A DNA stretch of 63,351 bases, filler included, from Perkinsus chesapeaki ATCC PRA-425 (Eukaryota > Protista > Perkinsozoa), in assembly GCA_013115145.1 (NCBI GenBank). It is 5 parts of 5 records of this genome, joined end to end, with 100 filler letters (N's around TTAATTAATTAA, not from the genome) between each part and the next. Parts side by side here need not be neighbours in the genome. Positions count along the whole stretch, not along the records: positions 1 to 20,556 come from JAAPAO010000618.1; 4 more parts are not named here. The stretch is one strand, 5' to 3'. The notes under the pieces are model-generated. The model did not search any database. It saw only the letters and a program-made list of their open reading frames with translations, and was not told the DNA's origin. Shown here in pieces: positions 1 to 17,049 of this stretch. Each line of letters starts with the position of its first letter. Positions within the stretch are counted from its first letter, which is position 1. Position numbers and translations under genes: made by a program.

Positions 1-70
1 AGGAGGAGATATAATAGAAAGGAGTTTGATAGGAAATATGTTACTAGTGATACGGAGGAGGAGATATAAT
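1..70 (-). repeat. Intronic ~52-bp minisatellite unit (same family as 35538-35706)
   Basis: Reverse complement of ctcctccgtatcactagtaacatatttcctatcaaactcctttctattatat, which is tandemly repeated in a DnaJ intron. Confidence 0.85.
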
Positions 71-117
71 AGATAGCTTCCTATTTCTCGTAGTGTATGT
101 GTAGCTTTATTCTTCAG

Positions 118-5118
<5,001 letters not shown>

Positions 5119-7216
5119 CCAAGCTAATATGGATTGGGCCAAGGACTTTTGATACAATTTATACGTATGTCGCCTGGCGGCATCGTCCCCGAGGTGCAGC
5201 GTGTTCAAGAATCCCAATATTGGCCCGACAACGTTTTTTCGTGATGCTTCCGATCTGTTGAGTTCGTTAAAATTTGAAGAGTGTGATCATCGGCACGCTC
5301 AAGACCTTTCAGCGAACTATAAGAACTCGTTAACGCACAACAGATGAACAGAGAGACTAACATTATTTTAGACTCGGCTTTTGAGCAGGCTTGAACGATA
5401 AAGTAGAAATAGGAAAACCGCAAATAGTACAGATTCCAATCTGAGGCATCCTAATAATGACGCGAATCATACCCGCTTCTACGCAGTAGATAAGACCATC
5501 ATCGACGAGGTAACATTGCGGTGAAGTTCCGCCTTTGATACGGCCCACGTAACGCTGTCTACCAATGCTGGACTAGCAGAGCCTTAGAGGGAGACCATTA
5601 GAAGCTCTATGTGAAGCCTCTATTATAGAAAATTGTATATGAAAATAGCATTGTGAAGTAAATTTGGAGTCGGAGAGCCGGCTCCCTGCCGTGACCCTCC
5701 GTTTTGTATTCGCACCACTCTAGTTCAGTTGAGGCTTGCCAGTGACTGAATACTCGGATTACGCTCTCTGGCTGAGGCATCAGCGCTATTTTCTCGTAAT
5801 ATCCCAATGTATCAAAAGCGGTGTTAAGTTACGAATTCCAAAGGAGGTATAACCTAATGTAGACTGCTAGCTCGAGAGCATTAGACTAATTCAAGATGGC
5901 TACAAGAGTCATCAGATAAGAGCTCGCTTTTCCAGCCTGGTTCCAACCATAATCCCATAGAACAGCAGACGAACGGCAACGATCCTCAAGCCCGGACACG
6001 CTGATCGAATGGATTTAGAAGCAAAGCAAATAGGCCTCAGGGGCGAAACAATGTAATCACTGCTCTCTTGCAAAGAGAGGTTACTAGGAACTTCCTTGAC
6101 CAAAGACAGGCGAAGCACATCGGACAGACTTCAGAGGCTCGGAATCAGAGCGAGTTTAGAGGCTCAGAATCAGACCCATGTGGATCGGACCCAATCTGAA
6201 TGATCACCATACAAAGTCAGTCGCTAGATATGGCAATATCGCAATGATCGCAAAGATAGCTCGTAAAGATAGAGGATCGTAGCTCAATCTCGCAACGAGA
6301 GATTTGTCACGCACGCATGTATAATGGAGCATTTAGAGGGCAAAGGATATCAGGCGGACTGAAGTGTAGAATCTCAAATAACAAGGAGCTCACGGAATCA
6401 CGTGAATTACGGTACGGTGCGGAGGGATTCCTTTATTTCTGCATTCTGAGCTACCATGGCTACATTCCTACTCATGAAAATAGTTCACGTTGACGTGTGC
6501 ATGCTGCCATGAAAACTGTTTACTGTGTCACACTCACATGCTAGTACTACTGATAAATCGAAGGAAGTGGCGATAGGACATTGAAAGGAATTCACTGTCA
6601 CTTCAACTCGCCAACTGTCTTGATCTTGTGAACACGGTTGCGTTAGAGGAACCTGATTTGTGGACAGCCAGCAAGCTCAACTTGGCAGTATGTCGTGCCC
6701 TCAGAATCCAGAATCGCGAGCATCGTAATGGAAACGTATTACTCTATTTTGAGTAGGTGCTGATTAGCAAATTTGCTAGGATCGGTCAGGTCATTTTGTG
6801 GGAAATGCACGATGATACCAACTGTTAAGTGAGTCACTTAAAATGACTCCAACGAAGTCTAGGTACAATAGAGAGTTGAGGACTGAATTTTTTACACTTT
6901 ATATAGCTGCGCGATATAGGCATGTCACATACCATGTGTAATTTAGTGCAAAGCGGCACCTTTAGGGTGGAAGTTCTTACCTTCTACCTGAGCAAGCGTC
7001 TTAAAGAAAGTAGCTCCTCTTATAGGTCTACTACTCGTTTCCTCAAGTGGCAGGAAAATGGGCCATGGCCCATGGACTTGCATTCTACAGTATACGTCGT
7101 ACTTCGAGTGGAAACCTCGAGGCTCAGCCAGGTGTGACCGTGACACATCGCTCAAAGCGAATCGCTTTGGTCCAAGCAGTGATTATAGTGATCTGGTTCT
7201 CCTTCTACGTGGAGAA

Positions 7217-8476
7217 ATGATAAACTTCTATATATTCTTCACTGCGGCCATTTCCATGTTAAGTCGTGTAACGGCCCAGCCTAATGGCGCCTATGGTTCG
7301 GATACCACTATCGTACTCTTCTTTGAGATATTTGTGGATCCTACCAGCCCCACTAAGGGTACTGTGGACCTGTCTGGTATCCCTGAGCCCGAGTATGGCG
7401 ATTCACTCGACGTGAGAGGTATCGCATTCGACTACGATGGCACTGGACTCGTTCTAAATGGCGATGATACAGATTTGAGGGAAATGTTACGGCACTATAA
7501 TCTCCCCCCAGCCCAATGGTCGGCTCTCCAATATGACCCTTCCTCGGATGAAATCGATGTTAATTGGAATGGTACCATCTTTAAGTGCACCAAGCAACAT
7601 CTTGAGGAGGATAACTTCCAGCCACGTTATTCTGAGGAGACCCCTGTTGATAGTCATAATGGTAGGAGACTTGGTGTGAGGAATGGTGTTGAACGGAAAA
7701 TGACCATCGAGCTCCCTGACGGAACGAGAAATTACTGGATTTATTATCCAGCATCAGGCTCGGTCAGGTTTGTCCTGGTCAACCTACACTGTTTGTGGTG
7801 TCATTGCGATGAATGGAAAGATCGAAGCCGTTTGATGGATTATGCTGAGGAGTACAGATTTGCCTTGTTCACTCCATGCGGCTTGTGGAATGCTTTCCTC
7901 TTGCCATCCTGGAATGCGGGAGATTGCTGTCATGCTACAGACACTACCAACGACACGGAGTTCATCAAGGCGATGATAAGAGACCCTGAGTGGAAACTCC
8001 CTGAGTGGACCCCAGTTTATGCTGTTGGATACAGCAATGGTGGAATGATGGCTGAAACTTTGATGTGCCGTAATGTGGTGTCGAGAGCCGTTTCCATCGC
8101 TGGCGCCCTAGTCATAGGCAGAGGGACTGTACACGTCGACACATGTGATGCGGTTTATAACTCTACTGATTACAAAAGAGTACTTCACATTCATGGAACT
8201 GAAGACGGTTATGTTTCGTGGAAAGGAAACACCCGCCTTGGTTTCCCTCCAGTTAGAGCTGATATGGAAGGATGGGCAAAGAGGATGGGGTGTTCCAAGT
8301 CATTTGATCGAACAGAGCTCTTCGAGAGTCGCTTCAAGTACCTCGACTGGCATTGCCCTTGGTCAAGAAATGTTTCCTTGGTCCGCGTTGAAGGTGGAGC
8401 TCATAGATATTACAAAAAGAGGAATCTTGATGTTGCCGAGTATTCACTTCGCTTCCTCACAGCGCCAAACCCGTAA
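7217..8476 (+). CDS. Secreted LpqC/PHB-depolymerase-like esterase (alpha/beta hydrolase), copy 1, intronless
   Basis: Signal-peptide-like MINFYIFFTAAISMLSRVTAQ; WNAGDCC, GYSNGG nucleophile elbow, HIHGTED and GGAH motifs. Confidence 0.8.
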   Translation: MINFYIFFTAAISMLSRVTAQPNGAYGSDTTIVLFFEIFVDPTSPTKGTVDLSGIPEPEYGDSLDVRGIAFDYDGTGLVLNGDDTDLREMLRHYNLPPAQWSALQYDPSSDEIDVNWNGTIFKCTKQHLEEDNFQPRYSEETPVDSHNGRRLGVRNGVERKMTIELPDGTRNYWIYYPASGSVRFVLVNLHCLWCHCDEWKDRSRLMDYAEEYRFALFTPCGLWNAFLLPSWNAGDCCHATDTTNDTEFIKAMIRDPEWKLPEWTPVYAVGYSNGGMMAETLMCRNVVSRAVSIAGALVIGRGTVHVDTCDAVYNSTDYKRVLHIHGTEDGYVSWKGNTRLGFPPVRADMEGWAKRMGCSKSFDRTELFESRFKYLDWHCPWSRNVSLVRVEGGAHRYYKKRNLDVAEYSLRFLTAPNP

Positions 8477-9846
8477 AGCCGTAGTTCATTATGAGCTGTT
8501 CATGAGGCCCTTTGTTGTTGGTGGTATGCTGTGCGTCGGCATCGATCAATCTTTCATCTATCTATGAGACATCAAAAATTTTTAGGCAGCAACGGCCTAC
8601 AGCCTTCCAGGTTCCGGACACATCGCAGTTTTCGAATTCTGGTAATCGGCAAATCGTTGTTGATCTTTTGCTTACCATCTTGATAGTTGTGTTGATGAAT
8701 TCCAGCCTGGAATTTCCAGGCAGTTCACAGTTCATACTTGCAAAATAAGACTTAGTCAAAAAGTCTTTGTGATAAGGATGCTGCTTGTTCGCTCACACAA
8801 TGGTTTGATTAACTGCTTCGACGAGCTGACTGACTAGTTGTCATCTAGTAGTTGAGCCTCTGTTACCAAGCAACCCTATCTCGTTTGTTACCAATGGAAG
8901 GTTCTGAGTAGATACTCTTCATTAAGGGGTGTCAAGTCGTGGTGAGAAGTACAAAGTTGCCAAAAACAGAGCTTAAGATCTTGCGTGAAATACACCTATG
9001 GTCACTCAGGAGTAAGTTTTAATCTCAGACCGAATTGCCACAAAGAGAGTTTTCGCAGTGGGGGGCTTCGTAAATAAGATTTACTAAAGATAAACGAATC
9101 ATTGAATCAATGACCTTCTCTAAATAATATACCCATTTCTCTCGAGACTTCGGTTGTTCGCGTGTTAATATGTGCAATAAGACCCATTGGACCATCGTCA
9201 GCTACTCAGGACACCGTTAGCCACCTATTAGCTGTATCGTGCGCATCTGATTCCTGGCCTCAGCTTGGCATCATGTGCTGCGTCATAGCTCGCGAGTTGT
9301 AAGCTTGGAGTGTTGGTATTCGATCTCGGCGAGATCATCTCGCACAATTTGGTAACAAGTTAGAAATCTTGGTCCCGCTGTAGCCTCCGAGTCTCGGAGT
9401 CCGAGAAGAAGTCGCCACAATGCATTAATACAAGTGGGGAAGGAAACGAATGCGAAAGAATCTGAAATAACTATGGGCTCACGGAGCACTAGTCGCGGTG
9501 TTGTGCGAGGGGATCCCTTCATTTCTGCTGCTCGATCACACTTGTGTGTGCGTGGAGATCAAATTGTCTCCAAGAGACAATTTGCTGTGCCGTGCTCACA
9601 TGCTAGTACTACTGAGGAATTGAAAAAGTTGAAGTTGCGATAAGATATTATAAGAGGTTCACTACTACGTCGACTTGGTGACTGATGACTTATCGTGTGA
9701 TTACGGTTTCGTTCAACGCAATGCCTTACACATCGTAGTTCGAGCGGCAACGTTAAGACTCTGCCGGGTGTGACCGTGACACCGTGACACCTCGCTGTTG
9801 TTCATGCCATCATCAGCGTGATCTGTTTCTGCTTCATTGCCGAGAA

Positions 9847-11106
9847 ATGATACACCTCTACATACACTTCGCTGCGGCTATGTCCATGCTAAGTCATGTA
9901 CGAGCCCAGCCTAATGGCACCTATGGCTCGGATACCACTATCGTACTCTTCTTTGAGATATTTGTTGATCCTACCAGCCCCACAAAGGGTACTGTGGACC
10001 TGTCTGGTATCCCTGAGCCCGAGTATGGCAATTCACTCGACGTGAGAGGTATCGCATTCGACTACAACGGCACTGGGCTCGTTCTAAATGACAATGATAC
10101 AGATTTGGGGAGAATGTTACGCCAGTATAATCTTCCCCCAGCTCAATGGTCGGTTATCCAATATGACTCTTCCTTGGATGAAATCGATGTTAATTGGAAT
10201 GGTACCATCTTCAAGTGCACCAAGCAACATCTCGAGGACGATAACTTCCAGCCACGTCATTCTGAGGAGACTCCTGCTGATAGTCATAGTGGTAGGAGAC
10301 TTGGTGTGAGGAATGGTGTTGAACGACAAATGACCATCGAACGCCCCGAGGGGAATAGAACTTATTGGATTTATTATCCAACAACAACCTCACTCAAATT
10401 TGTCCTCGTCAACCTACATTGTACGGATTGTCACTGCGATGAATGGAAAGATTATAGTCGTTTGATGGATTATGCTGAGGAATACAAGTTTGTCTTGTTC
10501 ACTCCATGCGCGGTGCAGAATGTTGTATTCCTTGAAGCCTGGAACGCGGGAGGATGCTGTCATGCTACATCCTCTGTCAACGACACGGAGTTCATCAAGG
10601 CAATGATAAGAGACCCCGAATGGAGTATTCCAGAATGGGTTCCAGTTTATGCTGTTGGATACAGCAATGGTGGGATGATGGCTGAAACTTTGATGTGTCG
10701 TAATGTGGTGTCGAGGGCCGTTTCTATCGCTGGTATCATCTTCATGGCCAGAGGAACTGCAGCCTTCGACGCGTGTGATGCGGTTTATAACTCTACTGAT
10801 GACAAAAGGATGCTCCACATTCATGGAAGTGAAGACGGTTATGTTTGGTGGAAAGGGAATTGGTTCCTCGGTCACCCCTCAGTTAGAGCTGACATGGCAA
10901 GGTGGGCGAAGAGGATGGGATGTTCGAAGTCATTCAATCGAACAAAGCTCTTCGAGGGTCGCTTCAAGTACCTCGACTGGCATTGCCCTTGGTCAAGAAA
11001 TGTTTCCTTGGTCCGCGTTGAAGGTGGAGCACATAACTATTACAAAAGGAGGAATCTTGACGTTGCTCAATATTCGGTTCGCTTCCTCACAGCGCCAAAC
11101 CCTTAA
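9847..11106 (+). CDS. Secreted LpqC/PHB-depolymerase-like esterase, copy 2 (tandem paralog)
   Basis: Colinear and highly similar to 7217-8476, with the same motifs. Upstream flank is also partly duplicated (about 6530 versus 9590). Confidence 0.8.
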   Translation: MIHLYIHFAAAMSMLSHVRAQPNGTYGSDTTIVLFFEIFVDPTSPTKGTVDLSGIPEPEYGNSLDVRGIAFDYNGTGLVLNDNDTDLGRMLRQYNLPPAQWSVIQYDSSLDEIDVNWNGTIFKCTKQHLEDDNFQPRHSEETPADSHSGRRLGVRNGVERQMTIERPEGNRTYWIYYPTTTSLKFVLVNLHCTDCHCDEWKDYSRLMDYAEEYKFVLFTPCAVQNVVFLEAWNAGGCCHATSSVNDTEFIKAMIRDPEWSIPEWVPVYAVGYSNGGMMAETLMCRNVVSRAVSIAGIIFMARGTAAFDACDAVYNSTDDKRMLHIHGSEDGYVWWKGNWFLGHPSVRADMARWAKRMGCSKSFNRTKLFEGRFKYLDWHCPWSRNVSLVRVEGGAHNYYKRRNLDVAQYSVRFLTAPNP

Positions 11107-12559
11107 CGCCGACTCGGCGTTAAGCAGAAGCTCGGAGCTTCTAAGACTAGCCTGGCCTAATAGTCGGAACCGCTTATGAATAAAAATGACAAAATGAAGA
11201 TATTTATTGTACATTTCGTTCACGTAGAACCTCTTCACGCGGAGTATTGTCGACTATTCCAAAAGCCTCTGCTGTTCATTCATGCTTAGGAAATCTAGTA
11301 CAACTCGTCGCTGATTTAGTCACCAAATTTCAGTTATCAGATCTGCTGTGGTAAAGCCTTTAAATCCCAGCCTCACGCTGTAGATTCTCTTGTCTTGTAG
11401 ATGGCGTCCTCAGCAGTCGGTTCTAACTTTAAGTTATTCAGTTGATCTATTCGCTCTTGCGTTCATAAACACTACAAGAAGCCTAGGCTTAGAGGCCTAT
11501 CCGCACGTTCCATCAAGCTTGATTGCGATCTATTATCAGCTCCGGATTTCACTGTTGCTTACTGATCCGAATTCTACACCTTAGTTACTTGATTGTAGTT
11601 CGATCCGGGTCTCTGGCTCATGACTCACCGTGGACAACATCACATAATAAGGTGCTGATTAACACATTTCATACCAAAAATCGTTAGCATCGGTGTGGTG
11701 ATCCTGCAAGGCATCGGTGTGATTCCTGACTACCCGGCAGGCTCGACTACTTTCTCTGCTTGCCGACCGGCTATTTCGATGAGTCGGCTATGCCCTCCTG
11801 ATGGCGAATTGGCACTACTTAGAAACACAAATCGCCAAGAAAATCAGAAACAATCAATCCGTGTCGCATTTAAACTTGGCTTGGATTACCAGCACCTTTC
11901 GATTCATCGCGCATTATTTCGTCCAATGGAAGCGTCATCGCTACTAATTGCATAATGCCCATATCAGCATTCACACGTATAGGGCATGGCACGTATGCAA
12001 GGACACCCGGAGCCTCCTTATGCCGGAATCGCCGATTTCTCCTATAGTAAGAATATTCCGAGATGGCCTGCCCATTTACTCACTTGTCTTGAATCAACCT
12101 GTTTTGCTCTAAATCAGACTCTAATCGTAGCGCGGCCCTCAGGAAACGATCCATCGGGTATGCCCCCGCCACGTGAGTGTGTACCTGCAGTCTATAACTC
12201 GCCTCACGGTGCCGCGTTTGGTGATTGCACCAGCGGACATTCATGGTTCACCGTCTCTGGAATGTTCATTTAATATGCTTAACCGCGTTTAAGCCAGGGC
12301 GAATCGTAAGGCATGTGGGAATATTTTTCAAGGTTAGCCAAGTACTATAAAATTTTAAAAGTATGGTTCCGTGGTTATGTATACATTCTTGTGGATGCCC
12401 CTGTTTGGCATTCCCCTCTGTTTGTGGCTTGTTCACATGCGTGGGGCAGCTGGCTATGCCTGTGGGTCGTTCCGCCGCCTTTTCGCCGTATCTAGCTCTT
12501 GAACTAGCGAAGCTCGATCAAAATATTGATGTTTGCTCATTCCAGTGTCAGAACGTCCA

Positions 12560-13406
12560 AACGTACAATCAGTCTTACTTGAAGAGACTCTTCAACTCTG
12601 TACCGCAAAACCTCTGCAAATTTATCGAACCTGGTTTTCCCCGACACAAATAGGATATCATCATCTGGGGCAACCCACAGGGCCTGCCACGGGAAAGTAG
12701 GCATCTACTTAATTTCTTTTACTCACCTGCCTCACGCTAGGATCTTCCATACAATACAATTTTGAAACATCATGCAGTTCAAATTGATAAGTACGTTTGC
12801 GCAATTCGACCGGATTGGCGCCCGTGGGAATATCGCTGTCATCTTCATTTGCCTGCAATATGCTGTATAATATTAATCAATAGGATCACCTTGTCAACAG
12901 CGATAGGCGTGAATGCCAGTGCCGTCTTAGGGAAAGCGGATTCGCCGTGCTTGTCTTGGAAACGCTCCAGTAGAAACCGATTGCACAAACCAATTGCCTG
13001 AGTGAAGACGTAGTACGTATAACGTTGGGGGAAAGATAATAGTTTAATGCCTATTTAGTTATGATTGGACAAGTCATTTGCGTATCATTATCATCAATAA
13101 AAGACTCGATCAAGACTAGTATCACAAAAGTGCACCTTAAAATTGAGTGGTCCTATAGTGTAGTGGTTAGCACTCTGGACTTTGAATCCAGCGACTCGGG
13201 TTCAAATCCCGATAGGACCTTTTACTTACTTTACAGGCGTTCCAATGAGCCGCCGTGCCCACCGCCTCTATCCGTCTCTTCGACACGTTTTGCGCTTTAT
13301 AGCAATTAAACAGCGCCCCGGCTAGACTTTTAACTCGAGCTATATCCGAACTGCACCGCAACACAGTCTCATGGTTCAGAGATACCGGCAACCGAGAGGA
13401 CACCAT
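12560..13406 (-). CDS. SpoVS/Alba-fold-like protein, multi-exon, 3' end unresolved
   Basis: Spliced reading VLRCSSDIARVKSLAGALF...IEAVGTAAHWNACK|AIGLCNRFL...ALAFTPIAVDK resembles the SpoVS consensus. Phase-0 intron 13229-12998 has a GTAAGT donor and CAG acceptor. Confidence 0.5.
13149..13220 (+). tRNA. tRNA-Gln(TTG), intact, followed by a T-run terminator
   Basis: GGTCCTA/TAGGACC acceptor stem, D-loop AGTGG, anticodon loop CTTTGAA, T-loop TTCAAAT; 72 nt. Confidence 0.97.
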
Positions 13407-13530
13407 AAATACTATAACAGTTCGAGAGGATCAATTAAGAACAACACAACCATCTCATGGATCCTACTACTCTCATTAGTATGAAAAATGATACATAAAA
13501 AAGTGGAGGCGTCAATCGAGGGCGCAAGGA

Positions 13531-16500
13531 TCACGACTTGGGGAGCGTTGGTCGCTCCGTCACCACCGAGTTCGTCCTCAAACCATGGCTTCTGTCACTA
13601 GCCTCCACGTTGTCCAAGAAATACACACAAATGACTGTCACATTATCGCTGCTGATTCGTCGCTTCTCTTGTTCCATCAGGACCGATCTTACCAGAGCCT
13701 TCGCCGGACTCTCGCCTGAACCACCGACAAATTAACATCGTTATTATCCTGTCGCACCGAAGCGATAAATTTTTCAAGTTGTAACCGTATCCTCCGGAGT
13801 CCTTTGCGGAAGTTCCAGCGTCATATTACCTCTAGCGCCGAAGCCCTGTTATTTTCACAACAAGTCTACGCTCCACCACAGGGGCGAATAAAACACCCAA
13901 GTCATCACGATATCAACTATAATCCATCTTCAACATAAGCATCCTTAGCAATACTATTTTATCACTATTACTTTTCCATATCATTTCTTATTTCATCACA
14001 TTTTTACTTTCCCCTATTACTCGCAATTTTATCGAATTTATTATTTTTCCATGTCACTCATTACTTCATCAAACTTATCTTAATTCCATATTGTTTATCA
14101 TCCCACCACACTGGTCGATGACCACCTTACCTGCGGCTCGGCCTGCTTGAGCTATCACCGCTGCCTCCTGCGCCGAGTACACATCCCACAGACCATCAGA
14201 TGCCTGGAAACTCACAAACCTCGCCGTCTCCCTATCTATTACTGTTACCAAAATTATCGCCCGGAAATTGTCCTCATACGGCAGAACGGTGACATCGGGT
14301 ACGTTGGAGAGGCCGTACATCTTCAAATCCTTACCCTAAAATATCCACAAAAATGCAGCCGCTAAATGGGCAATTTTCCTCATCAACGGTGACGAAATAT
14401 CGTCCAAACATATGAAATCTTGGGGGAAAATAATTTTTTCCGGAAATTTCATGGCGTTCCAGTCGAGCATTATGCTTCAGGATTGAGAGGAGTGCTGTTC
14501 CTGTGACAAGTCGATAGACAGGAAATCGTATCGAGTTCGACGGGGAGATACCAGCAGGTCTCTTAAGACTGTGGCCGAATAGATGCGTTGTTCGCATGTC
14601 CGCGAATCTACCTAGTTCCACTCAGTGAATCGAATCACTGTGCAAAAGTCGGTCAGAAGTCAAACTTCCCGGAGCCAATTACCAGTTGCTATATTCGAAA
14701 GAATGCCCTATTTCCCACCACTCCCCTCCCCCCAATAGCCTTTCCGCTACTACCCCGAATGCCCGGCTGTACTGCAACTGCATCGGTTGCTCCTGCATAG
14801 CCTTTCGCACAGCGAAGTCTCCTCCACGTATAAATGGCTTATTATTATGGTTGTGCAAATACCTACGAATATGAGAGGAACCATTCCACACCAGTAAGGT
14901 AGCTATTACTCCACGGACCCACCACAGCGCTCGATGCGCCTTCGTTCGGAAACTGAAAAGGAAGACAATCGAGCATGCCCCACGAATCTGCACGATCGGG
15001 CCGGCGTCCCGCCACCTAGGGACTCCCCTATCTACCGGGCTTTTACGAAATGAAATGCCCTAGTTTTTAATGAAGCAGAGTTTTTATTGTGCTTATTCTT
15101 TCGACTCATTTCATTCCAGTAGTGCACATTTCTAACCGAAATGGTACATCGCTAATACAGGCAGCCTCCCTCTAACAGCAGCCCACCAAAGACATTACCG
15201 AGGAAGTCTACTAGATTCCCGACCACACAAGAGGTTTCTGTGCGCTACATTCGAGCCGCTATTGCCTTGCGGGTAACGTATCTTCAACCTAGTTTACGAT
15301 ACGAAAAGCATCATCACCTCCGGCGTATCCAAGCTCGAAGCGTACTCCTGGCGAATACTGCCCACTCTGCCCTCTAGTACCTTGGTCCGGTTTATGATCC
15401 ATAGTTAGAAACTCCCCTGATATGTTATGAGTGGACATCCTGCTTTGGTCGACACTGCCGCGATCTTGGGTCAACAAACATATACGACTGTCGCCCTGAG
15501 ACAGTAGGACTGCTTCCTTTTCAATACAAAATATAAAAATTACAATGAACGGTATATGGTCAAAGCTTGTCAACCTTCGAACTTTAGAACAAAACTCTCA
15601 AAACTGGCCGAGAAATAAAATTTTTCGCGATTTGCCTAAGGAAAATGCACGGTCCTTATATAAATTGAGCTTAGAATATATTATTGGTTTATTATCTTTA
15701 TTACTATTATTATACTATTATTATATTAAACGTCTCTACACATTATACTACTCTATATAATTCCACTTCTACACTATTTTCCATACTCGCCCGTCTACGA
15801 GTGACTTAACCCGCAGCTGTACTCCAATACTGACTGCGTGGTTAAAGGACAAGTTGTACTCGAGAAAGAAATATAATGCAGAATAATACTATACAGAAAA
15901 AGCATCAGATCCATTCCTTGCTGGTATTTCCTCCATCATCACTAACGACTCCGTTTTGGAGCGTTTTGAAGTCTAAGACTAAAGTCACCTGTGAATATCG
16001 AGGCAGACTCTGGCTGGCAGAGCGGAAACATCTGTCCACCTTCCGAACCACCTCCTAATCGAGGCTCTTCACTAACTTCAATGTTAAAACTCGATTGCAA
16101 TTTTGCCACTATTTCCTTCGATGTGAGCAGCGTATTTTATAATGCGCAAGAGGGGATTCGAACCCACGACCTTTTGATTGCCAGCTGCCTATTATTACCA
16201 AATGACCCACGGCCAAGTGCTCCGGAGTGAGGACGGCACATACACCAGTGCTGGCCGCGTAATGTATCCCTTCAGCGCCGCACAAATGCATCAATTCTAC
16301 ATCTGATCGGACGAACCTAATACACAAATTATAAAAGATAGAATAGAGTCGCCGGGGTTCGAACCCACGACCTTCCGCAGTACATATCCCCGATTGCAGA
16401 TTCCAAGCAACTTCTTTCCTTGATCCATTTCGACCGGGTCTGAGGCTCGTCAGACTTTTGCAGAGCCTCGAATTCTCTCCACCCGGGTGTACGTATCAGG

Positions 16501-16800
16501 TGAGCGAACACCAGGCGCTTCACATTCTCCGCTGCAAAGTCACCTGTTTCCACAGTCCAACACGTATAGCACCCCGCTACCAACCGAATGGTCCCGGGTT
16601 CAATCCTTGCTACCTGCTGTTCCGTCAAAAAGGGCAAAACCTGACGCCGGCTCATTCACGCTCAAATCCGGGCATATTGTGAACCGATCCTCCTGCGTCC
16701 TTCGGCCTCCAATGTGAGTAAACGCCGACACTTCAAGCGTCGTCCCTGGGATTCGAACCGGGGCGGTTATATCATGCTGGATTTGCGGACAGCTCATCAA
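13531..16800 (-). CDS. PP2C/PPM-family protein phosphatase, multi-exon
   Basis: GGRRTQEDRF, FDG, ASTGVCAV, HL|GDSR, TMDHKP, QYSRAFG, ASDGLWDV and DNVTVICVYF motifs in order. Confidence 0.9.
15496..16198 (-). other. PP2C intron beginning with a sense tRNA 3'-half remnant (16143-16184)
   Basis: ct-ggc-aa tcaaa aggtc gtggg TTCGAAT cccct cttgcgc a tt lies just after the GTAATA donor. Confidence 0.75.
16317..16383 (-). pseudogene. 67-nt PP2C intron containing a sense tRNA 3'-half remnant
   Basis: GTACTGcgga aggtc gtggg TTCGAAC cccgg cgactct a ttct. Confidence 0.75.
16544..16613 (+). pseudogene. 70-nt PP2C intron containing an antisense tRNA 3'-half remnant
   Basis: Plus strand reads ct-acc-aa ccgaa tggtc ccggg TTCAATC cttgc, ending at the donor. 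Confidence 0.7.
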
Positions 16801-17049
16801 CCCAGCACGAAAACTACTTCAAAAACATCTCCTTACTCTTCATGTAAAAAGCGCGCGCCCGATACAACTGTAGCTTCGCTCCGCCCAATTAATTGGTATT
16901 TTTACAACTCAAATCGTTTAATGTTAATTAGCATAATAAGCCATAGAAGTCCATTAACATGTTACTGCCTTCTACCTGAAAGAGGCCCCGGTAAAAAAAA
17001 TCAACGGGAAAATTTTCCTGCCCTCGTCCATCTGCGTAAGCGAAACTAA

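Noticed and set aside
5360-5810. Possible degraded Gypsy pol fragment on the minus strand (YLVDDGLIYC...)
   Set aside because: The similarity is too weak to support without a profile search.
12620-12640. ggttcga motif on the minus strand
   Set aside because: It falls within a predicted exon (KTRFDK) and lacks the downstream tRNA spacing.
16745-16770. T-loop-like ccggttcgaatccc on the minus strand
   Set aside because: It lies in PP2C coding sequence (APVRIP), so it is a chance match and is not counted among the intronic fragments.
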